Shown: positions 38,166 through 51,376, numbered from the whole stretch's first letter. The stretch: DNA of 62,766 bases, filler included, from Basidiobolus ranarum (GCA_040143965.1; 33 parts of 33 records of this genome joined end to end with filler, not necessarily neighbours in it); one strand, 5' to 3'. Numbers and translations are program-made. The notes: generated by a model not told the origin, from the letters alone.

Positions 38166-39344
38166 TGTGAAAGGCAAGGATAGCTTCTGGTGGTCCCTTT
38201 GGCTCTATTTCTTCTGCTGTAACAACTCCCCAAAGGCCCTTGTCTTCTAGCACTATTTGCATCTTAAACTTCCAAAGGCAGAAGTCTTTACCATCAAACT
38301 TCTCTGTGGATGCAAAAACTTTGGCAATAGTACTGGTAGACATTCCTTTAACAGCTAGCTCAGGGCCCATAAGCTGATAAAAGTGTTTAGGGGATTTGGA
38401 AGTGTTTTGGACAAGATTTGGATTTGGGAATTAGGCACTTAAGTTTTATTGAATTGACTATGTCCTATTTATAGTTTACTATGAAATAGGACTATTGGAC
38501 ATGCTTAGATCATAACAAACATGCCTGTTAAGCATGAGTGAATATTTGAGGTGATTTGGAGTAGTTTTGAGAAAATAATGAAAATTGGTAAAAGTGATCT
38601 AATTGATATTTCTATCAATTAGAGCAATAAACACACATTTTTTAATGACAGAACTGAGTGCTAAATAATCAGAATATGAATAAACTAACTGCTAATTAAT
38701 GAGTTGCTATTTACCTAACTTCAACAGCAACAATATGCTATTACTCTATTTAAAGATATTCAAAGTTGTATTACCTTAGTTAAAAAGCCTAGATTTCATG
38801 CTAGAACAAAACATATATGTGTTAGGCACTGTCTTGTTAAAGAAGCAATAGAGAATTATATGATTGAACTTGTTGATTGCCCTACAAACAATATGATTGC
38901 TGACATCTTAACTAAACCTTTTGCTGTGGCCCAAATTGAATTATTAACTTATAAGTCAGGTTGAAGAGAAATACAAAAAAACTAGTTCAGTGGGAATGTT
39001 TAAATTAGAAAAAAGCTCCTAATTATTTGGTAGTTAGTTTATTCCTATACTGATTATTTAGCATACAATTCTGACATTCAAAATATGTATTTATTACTGT
39101 AATTGATAGAAATATCAATTAGATCTCTTTTACCAATTTGCACTATTTTCACAATATTTCTCCATGCCATGTCAAGTTTTCACTTACTGTACAGGCAAGT
39201 TTGTTATAATCTAAGCATATTCACTAGTCCTTTTTCACATCAAATAATACATAGTACAAACTTAATTCAATAAAACATAAGTGTCCAATTCACAAATCCA
39301 AGTTTTTTCCTAATTACTTCCAAGTATGCTAAACATTTTTATCA
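38166..39344. mobile_element. Copia family A 5' end on - (LTR 38375-38726, PBS 38363-38374, gag) and a family A 3' end on + (RNase H, LTR 38997-39344)
   Basis: gag EKFDGKDFCLWKFKMQIVLEDKGLW; PBS GCTTATGGGCCC. Confidence 0.88.
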
Positions 39345-40067
39345 AATTTTTATGGAGGTTTGATCCACAGGCTGCTTCCAGGAACACAAGCTGTCATCTA
39401 TAGTCTTCCTGACTGTTGGGGAAGCAATCACAAATTCAGCAGTATTGACAGAAGGGTGAGACTTCTGTGTCTCTCTCAGTTGAGGTCTCAAGAGCTGCCT
39501 TCCTGCTCCCTAACAAAAATAAAATTGATTTGATCGGGATCAGATCAACCCTCCAAAATAGCAAAACCATCAGATAACCTTTGCAATATTGTTGGCTTGC
39601 ATTCTGCCAGGGATTTTGATGGTGTGACGGTGGTTTCTTGATGGTATCTTAACAGTATTCATACATGTTAAAATAATGTTCCTCAAATTTGGTATGTGGG
39701 ATTCAATATCCGGCAATTTTTGCAAAAATATAATTTCGAATGGCAAATTACTGGGTTTACTACTTTAGAAATATGAATTAATATGCATGCCTTTATCTAG
39801 ATATTTTAGGCTTTGTATTCCAGCCATAATGAGAATCAAAAAATACAAGAATCTCTTTGTGTTTAGTCTCTACATATGCACATATTTGACTGATTAGACA
39901 TAACTCAACAACATCAATATTCTCTACCAGCAAACTAATGGTGGAAAAATTGCTAAACATCTGAAATNNNNNNNNNNNNNNNNNNNNNNNNNNNNNNNNN
40001 NNNNNNNNNNNTTAATTAATTAANNNNNNNNNNNNNNNNNNNNNNNNNNNNNNNNNNNNNNNNNNNN

Positions 40068-40496
40068 GCAGGTGATGCTACCCCTATTGGCTCTAACATT
40101 CCTAAATCACCAGGGGCACCTGCTGGAGATACCGACAGTTTGCCAAGCGGTATACCTGGAGTTCCTAGTTCCCCAGACAACTTCAGTAACCCACTCAATC
40201 GAGGTGAGAATTCATCCGACACACACTCTGGTCGTTGTGAAGATATTGCTGTTAAAGTTCGCCAATTGTTGGGAATGAATGTTGAGGCTGTTGTATGTAT
40301 TGACAGGCTGATCAGGGTTGATACTCATGATCGCTCCAGCAATGGTCTGGGCGGCATATTACCAGGGGTGTTGAATGATGGTGATGGTGAAAAGCACCGA
40401 CGTGAGATCTGCGAGGCAATTAAGGCGCATGCCAATATACTAGGAATCACGGTGGATGCAGTCACATGCTTACCTGAGGTTGTGATAAGAGTGTAG
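40068..40496 (+). CDS. C-terminal part of an unknown protein: P/G/S-rich linker plus two Cys-bounded hydrophobic repeats
   Basis: Open from the contig edge to TAG at 40496, with gene-like GC and CpG content. Repeats are CEDIAVKVRQLLGMNVEAVVCI and CEAIKAHANILGITVDAVTCL. Confidence 0.7.
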   Translation, partial: AGDATPIGSNIPKSPGAPAGDTDSLPSGIPGVPSSPDNFSNPLNRGENSSDTHSGRCEDIAVKVRQLLGMNVEAVVCIDRLIRVDTHDRSSNGLGGILPGVLNDGDGEKHRREICEAIKAHANILGITVDAVTCLPEVVIRV

Positions 40497-40840
40497 GTAT
40501 CATACTTATACTTTACAAGATTCCTTAATTCCTCTATACCCTCACACTCATGTAATGGATAATCTTCATTCTATCCCAATTGACCCCAAGTTAGTCTAGA
40601 AAGTATCTTGTCCATTTTATACTAAATAGTGATTGAATATATAATAGTTGATTGTTTTTAGTAAAGTCACTGCTGATATCTAATATACTTTTGAATTCGA
40701 GCTGTTGGCTGGTAATGTGATGCTCCTATGGAATAAATACTGTCATTAAGAAGCATTGAAATATTCAATACACCGTCCAGGGAGGAGGAGGAAGAAAGTT
40801 GGAGATGGAAAACGAAGTTGAGGAACAACACTCATCTTGA

Positions 40841-41073
40841 ATAGAGTTTGATCTTGGCTCTGAATGGACGCTATCTATAAGCTTGACACATGCAAGTCGA
40901 ATGCCGCTGGAGCCCCCGCGCGGCCCATCCCGTTCTCCATCCACGCCCCTCCCACCCTATCCCGAACGGGCTGGCACGACTCCCTCAGTAGGTGGGGAGA
41001 AGTACGCTCGAAGGAATGGTGACCGGGTGAGGTAAGCATAGGAAAGCTACCCGTGAGGCTGGGGAGGTATTCC
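40841..41073 (+). rRNA. rns: 5' fragment of a 16S-like (probably fungal mitochondrial) SSU rRNA; likely NUMT
   Basis: AGAGTTTGATCTTGGCTCTGAATGGACGCT...GCTTGACACATGCAAGTCGAA, then CGGGTGAGGTAAGCATAGGAAAGCTACCC. Similarity stops after about 230 bp in AT-rich DNA. Confidence 0.8.
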
Positions 41074-41969
41074 ATTCAAATCTCAAGATTATTAGCAAAG
41101 TACTGTCTCCTCAATCATATAGCTCACAAAAGGTGCTGTCTATTATGTGAGCATGAGTAATGTTACTACATTAAAATACAAATTGAGTATATCCCTTGAG
41201 CTCCAAAGCAAACATTCGCCAAAACTCAAGAATGAAGTTTACGCACTATTAGGTTTGTCATAAGTGCGATTGAGATAAAATTCGAGTGATTTGCTAAGCA
41301 TTAGAAATGGCGAACATTTGGTTCAAATTTGGATGAAAACCTCTACACTTCATTGTAGGCTTCTTCAGTATATTTCATCCATTTTGACTAATAAACCTCA
41401 GCAATAAATTCGCTTCAGTATACTCAACTAGAAACACATACACGCTTTTCTTCGGTGATAGGCAATGGAAAAACAATCTTAAAGTATGAATATCAATGCA
41501 TTCGTGATAGCTTGCCGTTTTAGAATATCAAGTGCTTTTATAATTCCAATACAGATACTAAGTTAACACTTACGAATAAGCTGAGTTGAACTTAGGCGCC
41601 AATAATTTTCATTGAATCACAAATGCTGACAAAGGTAATGTACTGAAAATCGATTGGTGTTTGATTTACCAGGGAAATAAAATCATTAGGCAAGCTAGTT
41701 TTCGCAAAGTTTTCAACTAGGAATACTGTCCAAGCTAAAGATGAATGAGGTATTGTCATCTTTTTGAGGTGTGGCAAAGGCAATGGAATTTAGTTAGTTG
41801 TGAATTATGTTTAATCAACGTAATCATCGTCTTACCTTGGGTAACGCTCATGTTTGTGGGGAAGCCTTCNNNNNNNNNNNNNNNNNNNNNNNNNNNNNNN
41901 NNNNNNNNNNNNNTTAATTAATTAANNNNNNNNNNNNNNNNNNNNNNNNNNNNNNNNNNNNNNNNNNNN

Positions 41970-43771
41970 TATACAAGCAACTGATTGGCCCTAGACTTTG
42001 TGTTCAGATGCAGTCACCATACTCCATATTTTCCTCTTTGGGAATTACTGCTTGTACCACAAGTCACCAGACTTTCAACAAACTTAGCAATGGGAGAAAA
42101 TGTTTCACCATAGTAAATGCCACATTTCTGAGCACAGCCTTCTACTACTAAAATTGCTTTGTACCAGTTGATAGATTCATCTGAGTTAAGTTTCAATTTC
42201 AGCACCAATCTAGTACCAACATTTTTCTTTGTGTAGGGAAGTCCACAAGGATCCATGTGTTATTCTTGATTTGGATTGAACTTCATCATCAGTGGCTTTA
42301 CTCCATTCTGTCACTTCATTAGATTCCAGAGCATGTGTCAAATATCTGGTTCAGAAAATGCTATATGTTCACATATATGTCACTCATTTTCTGAATTGAA
42401 ACTGTTGATTTCATGCTCTGATTTGAGACATCCAAAGTCCTTGGTAGAATGGTCAGATGTTCCACTTACAGGATGTTTCTGATTTCCACTTGGTAGGATT
42501 TCTGAGACCTGATTGCCTGACTTTTGTGATTGATTGAATACTTATGGTGATCGATTGCATACTTTCAATAATTGATTGCATTAAATATCAGCCAATTAGA
42601 GAGTAGGGTATTTCATAGGTATGTGATTTGTCAGAAAATTCATGCCTTGTTTCCAAGCCCAATTTCCTTGATCCTGATTGGCTGGAAAAGTATCCTTTTC
42701 CTGATTATCATATTTTTCATTGGCAGAGATAATATGCTGATTTCCAGAAGCCGGTTCCAAATATCAGTATTCTTGGTGAAATCAGGTTTTCTGGCATAAA
42801 ATGATGCATTTCCAGTGCTGCCTAATGTTTCCCTACTCATATAGCTGCTTGATTCCAGAATATTATATAATAGTTTGTTCTCCTTGATTTCAGTACTTGT
42901 AGTAAAGTTTGAGACAGGATTATTGCTTATTGGTTTTCTGCTAGGAATATTCATCACAGTGATTGGTAATGATTTGAGCTTTGTCATATAATCATTGGTG
43001 GCTGATGTTTTAGACCTTATCCCAGATGTGATATTTTCTAAAATTGGATAATGTTGATAGATAGTTTCAGATTCCAAATTTGGCCTAATTTCAGTATTTC
43101 CAATGTATCATTTTCCAAGTTGGTTTCAGTGCTTGTTTGCTCAAGACTGGTTTCAGAACTTGTTAACTCAGAATTTGAGTTATTGAGAAATTATTTTCAG
43201 CCAAAATCAAATTTGCTTGATTAAAAGATTTGAGATTTTCTTCAACAAATATAGTATCTCTGGAGTTGATGATTTGATTTACGCCAGCATTTAGGAGTTG
43301 AAAGCCTTTGTTCTGATATTCTAATATGATACATTAAATTGCCTTTTTGTCCAATTTCCTATGCTGAGATTTAGGAATATTACATATACTATTGATCCAA
43401 AAATTCTGCAATGATTCAGATTAGGCTTGTTTCCAGTCCAGATTTCAAAAGGAGTTTTAGAGTCATGGTGCTACATGTTGGACTTCTATTCTGGAGATAT
43501 GTAGCTGTCAAAATAGCTTCAACCCAATAGGTCTTAGGCAGATCTGAATCAATCAGCATTGTTCTTGCTTTCTCTACTAAAGTCCTATTCATCCTTTCTG
43601 CAACTCCATTTTGTTCTGCAATATACGCAACAGTAAACTGCTACTGAATTCCCTTTTCCTGACAAAAGCTAGTCATGGCTTCATTGCTAAATTCAGTGCC
43701 ATTAGTGTTGTGTAGGTATTTGGTTTTTCTTCCTGTTATGGTTGTGACCTGTGCTTCAGACATCTTGAAAA
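41970..43771 (-). mobile_element. Decayed copia integrase, long linker and RT start (distinct family)
   Basis: EQNGVAERMNRTLVEKARTML and YKA.LV..G..QK.GI.Y.ETFSP. Confidence 0.85.
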
Positions 43772-43871
43772 NNNNNNNNNNNNNNNNNNNNNNNNNNNNN
43801 NNNNNNNNNNNNNNNTTAATTAATTAANNNNNNNNNNNNNNNNNNNNNNNNNNNNNNNNNNNNNNNNNNNN

Positions 43872-45250
43872 TTCTAAGTCAAGTTTATAGATTTTATGCT
43901 CTGATTTGAGTTCTCCATAGTCCTAGGTAGAAAGATCAGGTGTTATTCTTATAAAAGAATTTTTATATTTTTCATTGGCAGAGATAGCATGCTGATTTGC
44001 AGAAGCTGATCCTAAGTTATCAATTTCTTCAGAGTAAAAATAAGGCCACCTGGTTAAATTGGTGCATTTCCAGTATTGTCTGATGTGAAACTACTTGTAT
44101 AGCTGCCTGATTCCAAAATATGGTAAAATGATTAGTTTACCTTGCTTCCAGTACTTGCAGTGAGACTTAATACAGGATTATTACATGTTGGTTTTTTGCT
44201 ACTAATATTGAACACAGGGAGTTGTAATGTTTTGAGTTTGTCATATATTCATTGCTGACTGATGATTTAGTTCTTGTCCCAGATGTAACACTTTGCAAAC
44301 TAGGATATTGTTAATTCATAGTTTTGGGTTCCAAATTTGGCCTAAATCCAGTGTCTATTTCCAATATATCAGTTTTCAAGTTGGTTTCAGTACTTGTTAG
44401 CTCAAGATTGGTTTCAGAACTTTTAAACACCAAGAGAGAGTTATTGAGAAAATGATTTTCAGCCAAAATCAAATTCCCTTGATTACAAGATTTGAAATGT
44501 TCCTCAATGAATATAGTATATCTCAAGTTGTAATTTCATTAGCACTAGCAATAGAAGACAATACACTTTTTTTTGATGTCCTAACAGAATATATTAAGTT
44601 GCTTTTTTGCCTGATTTCCTATGTTATGGTTTAGGAAAATAAGCATATAGAGTTGATCTAAATATTCTGAGCTGATTCCAATTAGGCTTGTTTCCAGTTC
44701 ACATTTCCAAAGAAGTTTTAGGGTGGTGGTTGTTACATGTTGGACTTCTATCTTGGAGATATATAGATGTTAAAATAGCTTCACCCCTATAGGTTTTAGG
44801 CAGTTCTGAATCAATCAGCATTTTACATTTTTTTTACTAAAGTCCAATTCATCCTGTCTGCAACTCCATTTTGCCCTGCACTGTTTGGAATAGTAAGTTG
44901 TTAATGAATTTCCATTTCTAGGCAAAAGCTAGCCATGGCTTCATGGGAACATTGCTAAATTTAGTTCCATTATCACAGCATAGGTATTTGCTGTTTGATC
45001 CCATTATGCTTATGACCATTGCTTGATATATCTTGAAATAATAAAACATTCTTCATTTACTAGACAGAAGATATGACATTGTGAAGTAAGATTCATCATG
45101 AGTAAAGATGAGTAGATATACCTGCCTACTCAGTGTCAGAGTTGGCATTGGGCCTCATAAGTGAGTATGAATAAGATCCAAAAAATACTTGGCTCTGATA
45201 GCTCCTTCTTTTGAAAATGTTTTTCTAATGATTTCCCTTTAATAAAATTT
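43872..45250 (-). mobile_element. Second decayed copy of the same copia integrase/linker region
   Basis: Aligns by eye to about 42700-43771. Confidence 0.8.
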
Positions 45251-45773
45251 TCATATTTGGCAATATCTGAGAGCTTATGATCCATTCCAGTGCATAGGAC
45301 ATTTTTGTATTACAGTTGCACACTATTACAGCCCCAACAAAAAATAAATCAATTTGATCCAGATTGGATCCACCCTGGTGCAGCACAAAACTATCAGAGG
45401 ACCATGAAACTATCAATGGCTATTATTCTACCAGAGATTGTGATGACATGATGATAGCATCATCATGGTGTCACAATAAGGAACTGGACAAGGACTGGAA
45501 ACAATGACAAGAGGCTAGAAGGCAGGATAGTACTTGGGTGTAGACCACAAGACAAGACAAGTCTGGACAAGGAAGATACTTTGGCAAGAATCTTTATTGA
45601 TAACTGGCATTGATCAGACTGAGGTCTGATCAAGGAATACATGGCGCTTATATAGATATTGCAAGGTGAAACANNNNNNNNNNNNNNNNNNNNNNNNNNN
45701 NNNNNNNNNNNNNNNNNTTAATTAATTAANNNNNNNNNNNNNNNNNNNNNNNNNNNNNNNNNNNNNNNNNNNN

Positions 45774-47574
45774 TGACAAAGGGTATGGTGATAACAAACA
45801 GCGGGTATGTGAAAGACTGATAGAGAGTTTACGAAGTGCTAATGACCCCTAACAAATGATGAAGAGTAGGGTGCCAAAAACGACAGGTATGGGAAACACT
45901 AAAAGGAGAGGCTTCAGAGTGCTAAAGACTGCCTGGAAACAATGAAAGTTATGATAAAGACATGGTGCCAAGGAATGAGCAGTATGTGAAACACTGAAAA
46001 GAAATTTATGAAGTGCTAATAGCCACTGACAAATGATGACGAGTATAGTGCCACAAACAATGGTAATGGGAAACACTTAAAGGAAAGCAAATAAAGTGGT
46101 AAAGAAGTGCTAAAGAGTACTGAAAACAATGAAGGGTATGGTGATAACAAACAACTGGTATGGAAAACACTTAAAAGAGAGTCTAGGCAGTGCTGAAGGC
46201 TACTGACATGCGATGAAGGGTATGGTGTCAAGAAATGACAAGTATGGATAACACTTAAAGCTGAGTCTACGAGCAGCTAAAGACCACTGATAATTGCCAA
46301 AGAGAATGGTGCCAAGAAACATCAGGTATGTAGATAAAGACTACTGACAGATGACAAAGCATATGTTACCAAGAAACCACTGGTATGGGAAACACTTAAA
46401 CCAAATTTTATACAGTGCTAACAACCACTGACAAATGATGAAGGGTATGGTGAAGAGGAATGAGCGGGATGTGAAACATCTGAAGAACAGTCTATGAAGT
46501 GCTAAAGACCACTGACAAATGACAAAAGGTTTGTTGACAATAAACAATGAGTATGAAAAACACTTAAAAAAGACTTTATGTAATGCTAAAAACCACCAAT
46601 AAGTGACAAAGAGTATGGTGACAACAAACGAAGGGTATGGGAAACACTTAAAAAAGATTCTACAAAGTGTAAAGACTGCTGACAAGTGACAAAGGGTATG
46701 GTGAAAACCAATGGCAGGTGATGGAAACGCTTGTGAAAGAGTTTACGAGCCTTAAGGACTGCTGACAAATGACAAAGCGTACGGTTATGACAAACGACGG
46801 GTATGAGCAATACTTTAAGAAAAGTCTACAAAGAGCTAAATTATAATGACAAATGATGAAGGGTATGGTGATAGCAAATATCGGGTACAGGAAACACTGA
46901 TAGCAAAGTCTACTAAGACCTAAAGCCTGCTGACAAAAGACAAAGGGTACAGTGATAACAAACACCCGGTATGAGAAAGGCTTAAAGAGGAGTTTATAAA
47001 GTGCTAGAGACTATGGGAAACACTGATAGCAAAGTCTACAAAAAGGTATACACTGATGATATGTGACAAACTGTATGGGCATACAAAATGTTGCATTTGG
47101 GAGGACACTAAAAGGAGAATGAGTCTACAAAGTTGTAAAGAATTGCTAAAGACTACTGACAAATGACAAAGAGTACGGTGATGACCAACGACAGGTGTGA
47201 GAAAAACTTAAAGAAGAGTGTACTCCAAGCAGTCTACAAAGTGCGTGAGACTACCGTTAAATGTCAAAGGGTATGGTGTCAAGAAACAACGGGTAGAGGA
47301 AACAATAGTACCGCAAAACTATTTCTCTGCCAATTAACGAGCGTTATGGGACACACTAAAAAGAAAATGCAAGCAGTGCTAGAGACTACTGAGAAATGAC
47401 AAAGGGTATGAGAAACACTTAATGTAGAGTTTACGAAGTCCTCAAGACTACTGAAAAAAGACAAAAGGTATGGTGATAATAAACAAGGGGTATGGGAAAC
47501 ATTTGCAAGAAAGTCCAAGCAGTGCTAGATACTACTGACAAGCGATGAAGGTTATGGTGCCAAGAAATGACCGG
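45774..47574. repeat. Degenerate 84-bp tandem repeat array (about 20 units) filling the contig
   Basis: A TGACAAAGGGTATGGTG-like anchor recurs at 46127, 46211, 46295 and at 46352, 46436, 46520, 46604, 46688 (period 84). Confidence 0.92.
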
Positions 47575-47674
47575 NNNNNNNNNNNNNNNNNNNNNNNNNN
47601 NNNNNNNNNNNNNNNNNNTTAATTAATTAANNNNNNNNNNNNNNNNNNNNNNNNNNNNNNNNNNNNNNNNNNNN

Positions 47675-48010
47675 CTTGTGCGGGGGAGTGGGGTCTCCAA
47701 CCAACAAGTTGCTGAGTTGCTATTGACAACGAGTCTAATAGGGACATCTGCCTGTGGATAGCGTGAACCAGCTGGAGAGCAAGATCTCTGCGCATGGTGT
47801 ACCGGGCACTACCATGGATGTGCTGAATAGCCAACGTCGTAGGAGAATCGGAAATATCTTTTGACGGATATCCGTCACCACTAAACCTGCAGTTGCAATT
47901 CTCAAACACGCCAAATATAGATGGGTTTCCTTCACTCTTCCGCTTACATTCATTGGCTGATCAAGGTCATGATGGTGAGGAACATACATACCTGATCATT
48001 TTGTGATGAA
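47675..48010 (-). CDS. Possible 5' end of a spliced host gene of unknown function
   Basis: ATGATCAG|GTATGT donor near 47992 and CTGCAG acceptor near 47887 give MIRFSGDGYPSK...LQLVHAIHRQMSLL, open to the contig edge. CpG-rich. Confidence 0.35.
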
Positions 48011-49130
48011 TACGTATCTATTACTACTACCATGGTGACCTGGTCACATCTAGCAGTCACCTAACTAGTCAATACCTCTCCAATGATAACACGATTCAAC
48101 AAACCCGAATGGCCAATCATCGTCATTGCTACGATTGTCGAACTGATGATTGACAGTACTAACACCAACATTATCTTGCATAAGATGGGTTGCAAACAGA
48201 CTTCCATAGACGAAATGTAGCAGTAGATGGTGAACGTGCCAGTTGGAGAGAATTGGGCCTGCGATTACTTTGAATTGAAATTTTAGCTTGCTGCAGTATA
48301 GTGGACTTGGCTTTGAGATTTAAAGAGTCAGAGTAATTAAGACTCGACCTATACACTTAAACATGCACAAGATAAGAGCCAATAGTATGGAAAATGCTTA
48401 ACTTACCTTCTACATAACATTTCATTTTACTGAATCTGTGTGACGAGGTTTGGAGGGGTTTCTTCTATCACCTGTTTCTTATTGGCGTTTCCAGTTTGCA
48501 AACCTGCAGAAGACCTTTGAAAACCATTGTTTCCCGATATGTATCAGTGGTATTTTTTTCCATATTACTGAATATTAATGTTACTATATATAATTAACGC
48601 AATAGCGCGCAACACGAGTGAGATGGTCGGCAACTCTATACTCAAGTTCCCATTAATAACAAAGCTCAGATTTATGTAGTGTAGATAGTCAAGACCTTTT
48701 ACAGGGTTAATCTACTGGTTGGAAATATAGATTCTTGGAATACTCAGACATAAACATCAATAGCTACGTTTGCTATACTGAGTATTTATAGAGTTTGAAA
48801 GGAAGGTTTAGGAAGGATTCTATGTGATGTTTATTATCCCTATCCGTATGCAGCTAATGATATCATGATCACGTCCAAGTTAACTAGCATTTTTTTGTTC
48901 AAAATCTCCACATATTTCGTTAAGTATCTTACACACTTCCAATTCATTTCGAATACTTAAAACACATATGTTGTTTACTTTTTGTCTCATTTAATAGAAA
49001 AGAGGTATTTATAAACGTGATAGAAACAGAAAAAAATGGAGTCATGTAGCTAGGGTACTGTGTTGAAATTAGCATAGTCTGAACATCTATATAGCTTATT
49101 TCGGTCATAAATATACATTTTATAGTCAAT

Positions 49131-49475
49131 TCTGTTGAAATTAACATAGCTTAAACATTAATATAGTCATATATAGCGTAGTATTTAGTTATTCCACATT
49201 TCACTAAGACATCACCTTCTATTCTCAATCGAAATCTACTTAGAAGTTCTCAGATATATAGATTTTTCAAACTTGTTCTAGTGGCTCCAAACTTTCCTGG
49301 GACTTTCTTTAACCCATTCTACACGATTTTTTGTGAATCCTTTGACAGAACTATAAATGTCAACTTTTGTTGGATAATTAATCTTTATTCAACATCATAG
49401 TTAACTTTAGTTATGATACATATATCAGAAACAGAAAGCAACGTATCTATAGCCCCTATATTCTAAATAGGAATA
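49131..49475 (+). mobile_element. LTR B interrupted by LTR D
   Basis: TGTTGAAATTAACAT start; switches to TGTTGGATAATTAATC at about 49368. Confidence 0.75.
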
Positions 49476-50023
49476 NNNNNNNNNNNNNNNNNNNNNNNNN
49501 NNNNNNNNNNNNNNNNNNNTTAATTAATTAANNNNNNNNNNNNNNNNNNNNNNNNNNNNNNNNNNNNNNNNNNNNACTTCCTACCTTCAGAACATGGTAG
49601 CTCATTGTACCATGGAAGCAATTGTTGCAACAAGCAATCAACATACAAATCTTGGTTCATTTGTCCTATTCTCCATTTGGTTTGTATGGAATATCTTCCT
49701 TTCTGCTTACCACCTTTACCTCTTAACACTCTATTTACATCCTCAGAACTGGATTACATTGATCATAAAGTTAAGTTTGGATATGATCCAGTTTTGTCAC
49801 AATATCTTAAAGATTGATGTTTTGATTGTCACTTTGTTAAGATTAGTATACAAGCCAAATGAAGTCTACACCACCTGGTCCTTTTCATCCCCCTAAGGTA
49901 ATATCGTAGTGAAATATGAGATAACTAAGTACTAAGCTATATATGACTATATAGATGTTTAGGCAATGCTAATTCTAACAAAAATGATACAAATAGGCAC
50001 AAGATTATGTCAACTAGAATGAT

Positions 50024-51376
50024 AGACTTTTTACATTATACCAGGATTTATCAGACCTTGGCTCAATATATGAGTGTAATTGTGATTGGAATTTATCATG
50101 CCAGAGGGTGCTGTGCAGTGGCAAATCATATTACCTAAATTTTAGAATACTTTATCCAATATGATATATACAGCACAATCTGGTACTATAACTGGGAACA
50201 AGTCCAATGAACAATAGAGTTAGATAATCTGGGCTGATGAATTTAAATTTTGCAGATTTGGCATTGATGAGAAGTCAAAAGTTCTGAGAAAGGAAAGTGA
50301 ATGTTGTAAGAGCTGCCAGTTCCTAAGAACTGTAGAGTTTGGTGGGGGCAGTGGATGATTTGGTCCTGTTTTTGGGCTGGCAGCTAGAGCCCATTAGCTT
50401 TTGTTGATGGCATCATGGGACTTGTTCCTTCTGATAGTGCCAGATTGTGCTGTATATGTTATATTTGATAAAGTAATCTAAAATTTATGCAGCACAATTT
50501 GGCACTATGCAGTGTTAAAGTATTTGGGAGCCTGTTGAAAGTGGTTTGGAGAATTAGAGAAATTGGTGGTTTTCACTTATTGATTTTACTGGGAAAATAT
50601 GGGCTGTTTGGAGGAACTTTAGAAAAGTGGAGTTATGAATAGCTTTGTGAGATAATTGTTTATTGTCCAGAAATAAAGCATTTATACTTTTTGATGGAAA
50701 TACAGAAAACTAACACTGGGGTTATATTCAGAACATCTGTGGGAGTAAAATGAGCTATCTTTGGGGCAATTTGGACAAGTTTGAAATTTCCAATATGGAA
50801 TTGCTAATTCTCACATTATTCACATATGTATAAAATATATGTTTTGATTTCAAGCTAAGTGATATTTGACTAAGTAATGTTAACTAACTTATATGTGATA
50901 TATGAAATAGTTAGGTATATAAAGATAGAGATAACAAATATGATAAAGACAATAAACTTCAACAGTACTAATGATCATATCTGGACCTAAATCACCAGTA
51001 CTTATAGATAGCTTCTTGGATCCTTTGATTGAGGAATTTGGACAGTTATCTAATGGGGTTCAGATAGTCAATATATTATTAAAGCTAATATCATTGTATG
51101 TGTTGATGACACTCCTGCCATCAATAAACTTGGAGATTTTTGTGGACACAATGCACTATCTTGCTGTAGATTTTGTCAAATCCATGGATTTTACTCTATC
51201 AGGCATATGCATTACTACTATCCAAATACAACACTAAACTCCTTGATTTTACCATTAAGAGCCCAGTCAGATTTCAACATGATCACTGATATCAATTCAC
51301 CAAATAGTCAGTCTAACATTAATCTTGGTATTAGCCATAAACCTAAGATTATATTGCTAAAGGGGATCAGCTGGAG
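50024..51376. mobile_element. Nest of MITEs (50024-50205, 50418-50512), LTR B end, full LTR C (rc, about 50589-50964) and CACTA transposase fragment (+, 50970-51376)
   Basis: Homology to copies elsewhere in the window; IISGPKSPVLIDSFLDPL motif. Confidence 0.8.

Noticed and set aside
40841-41073. Bacterial 16S gene from a contaminant, or a U1/ribozyme-like RNA on the minus strand
   Set aside because: Only about 230 bp, with deviations from the bacterial consensus (GGCTCTGAAT, GCTATCTATAAGC) and eukaryotic-looking flanks. The minus-strand CTTACCT match is just the complement of the rRNA motif.
45774-47574. 84-bp array as a CRISPR array or C2H2 zinc-finger gene (28-aa period)
   Set aside because: The whole unit is repeated with no unique spacers and no cas genes, and no frame shows the CxxC...HxxxH/TGEKP pattern.
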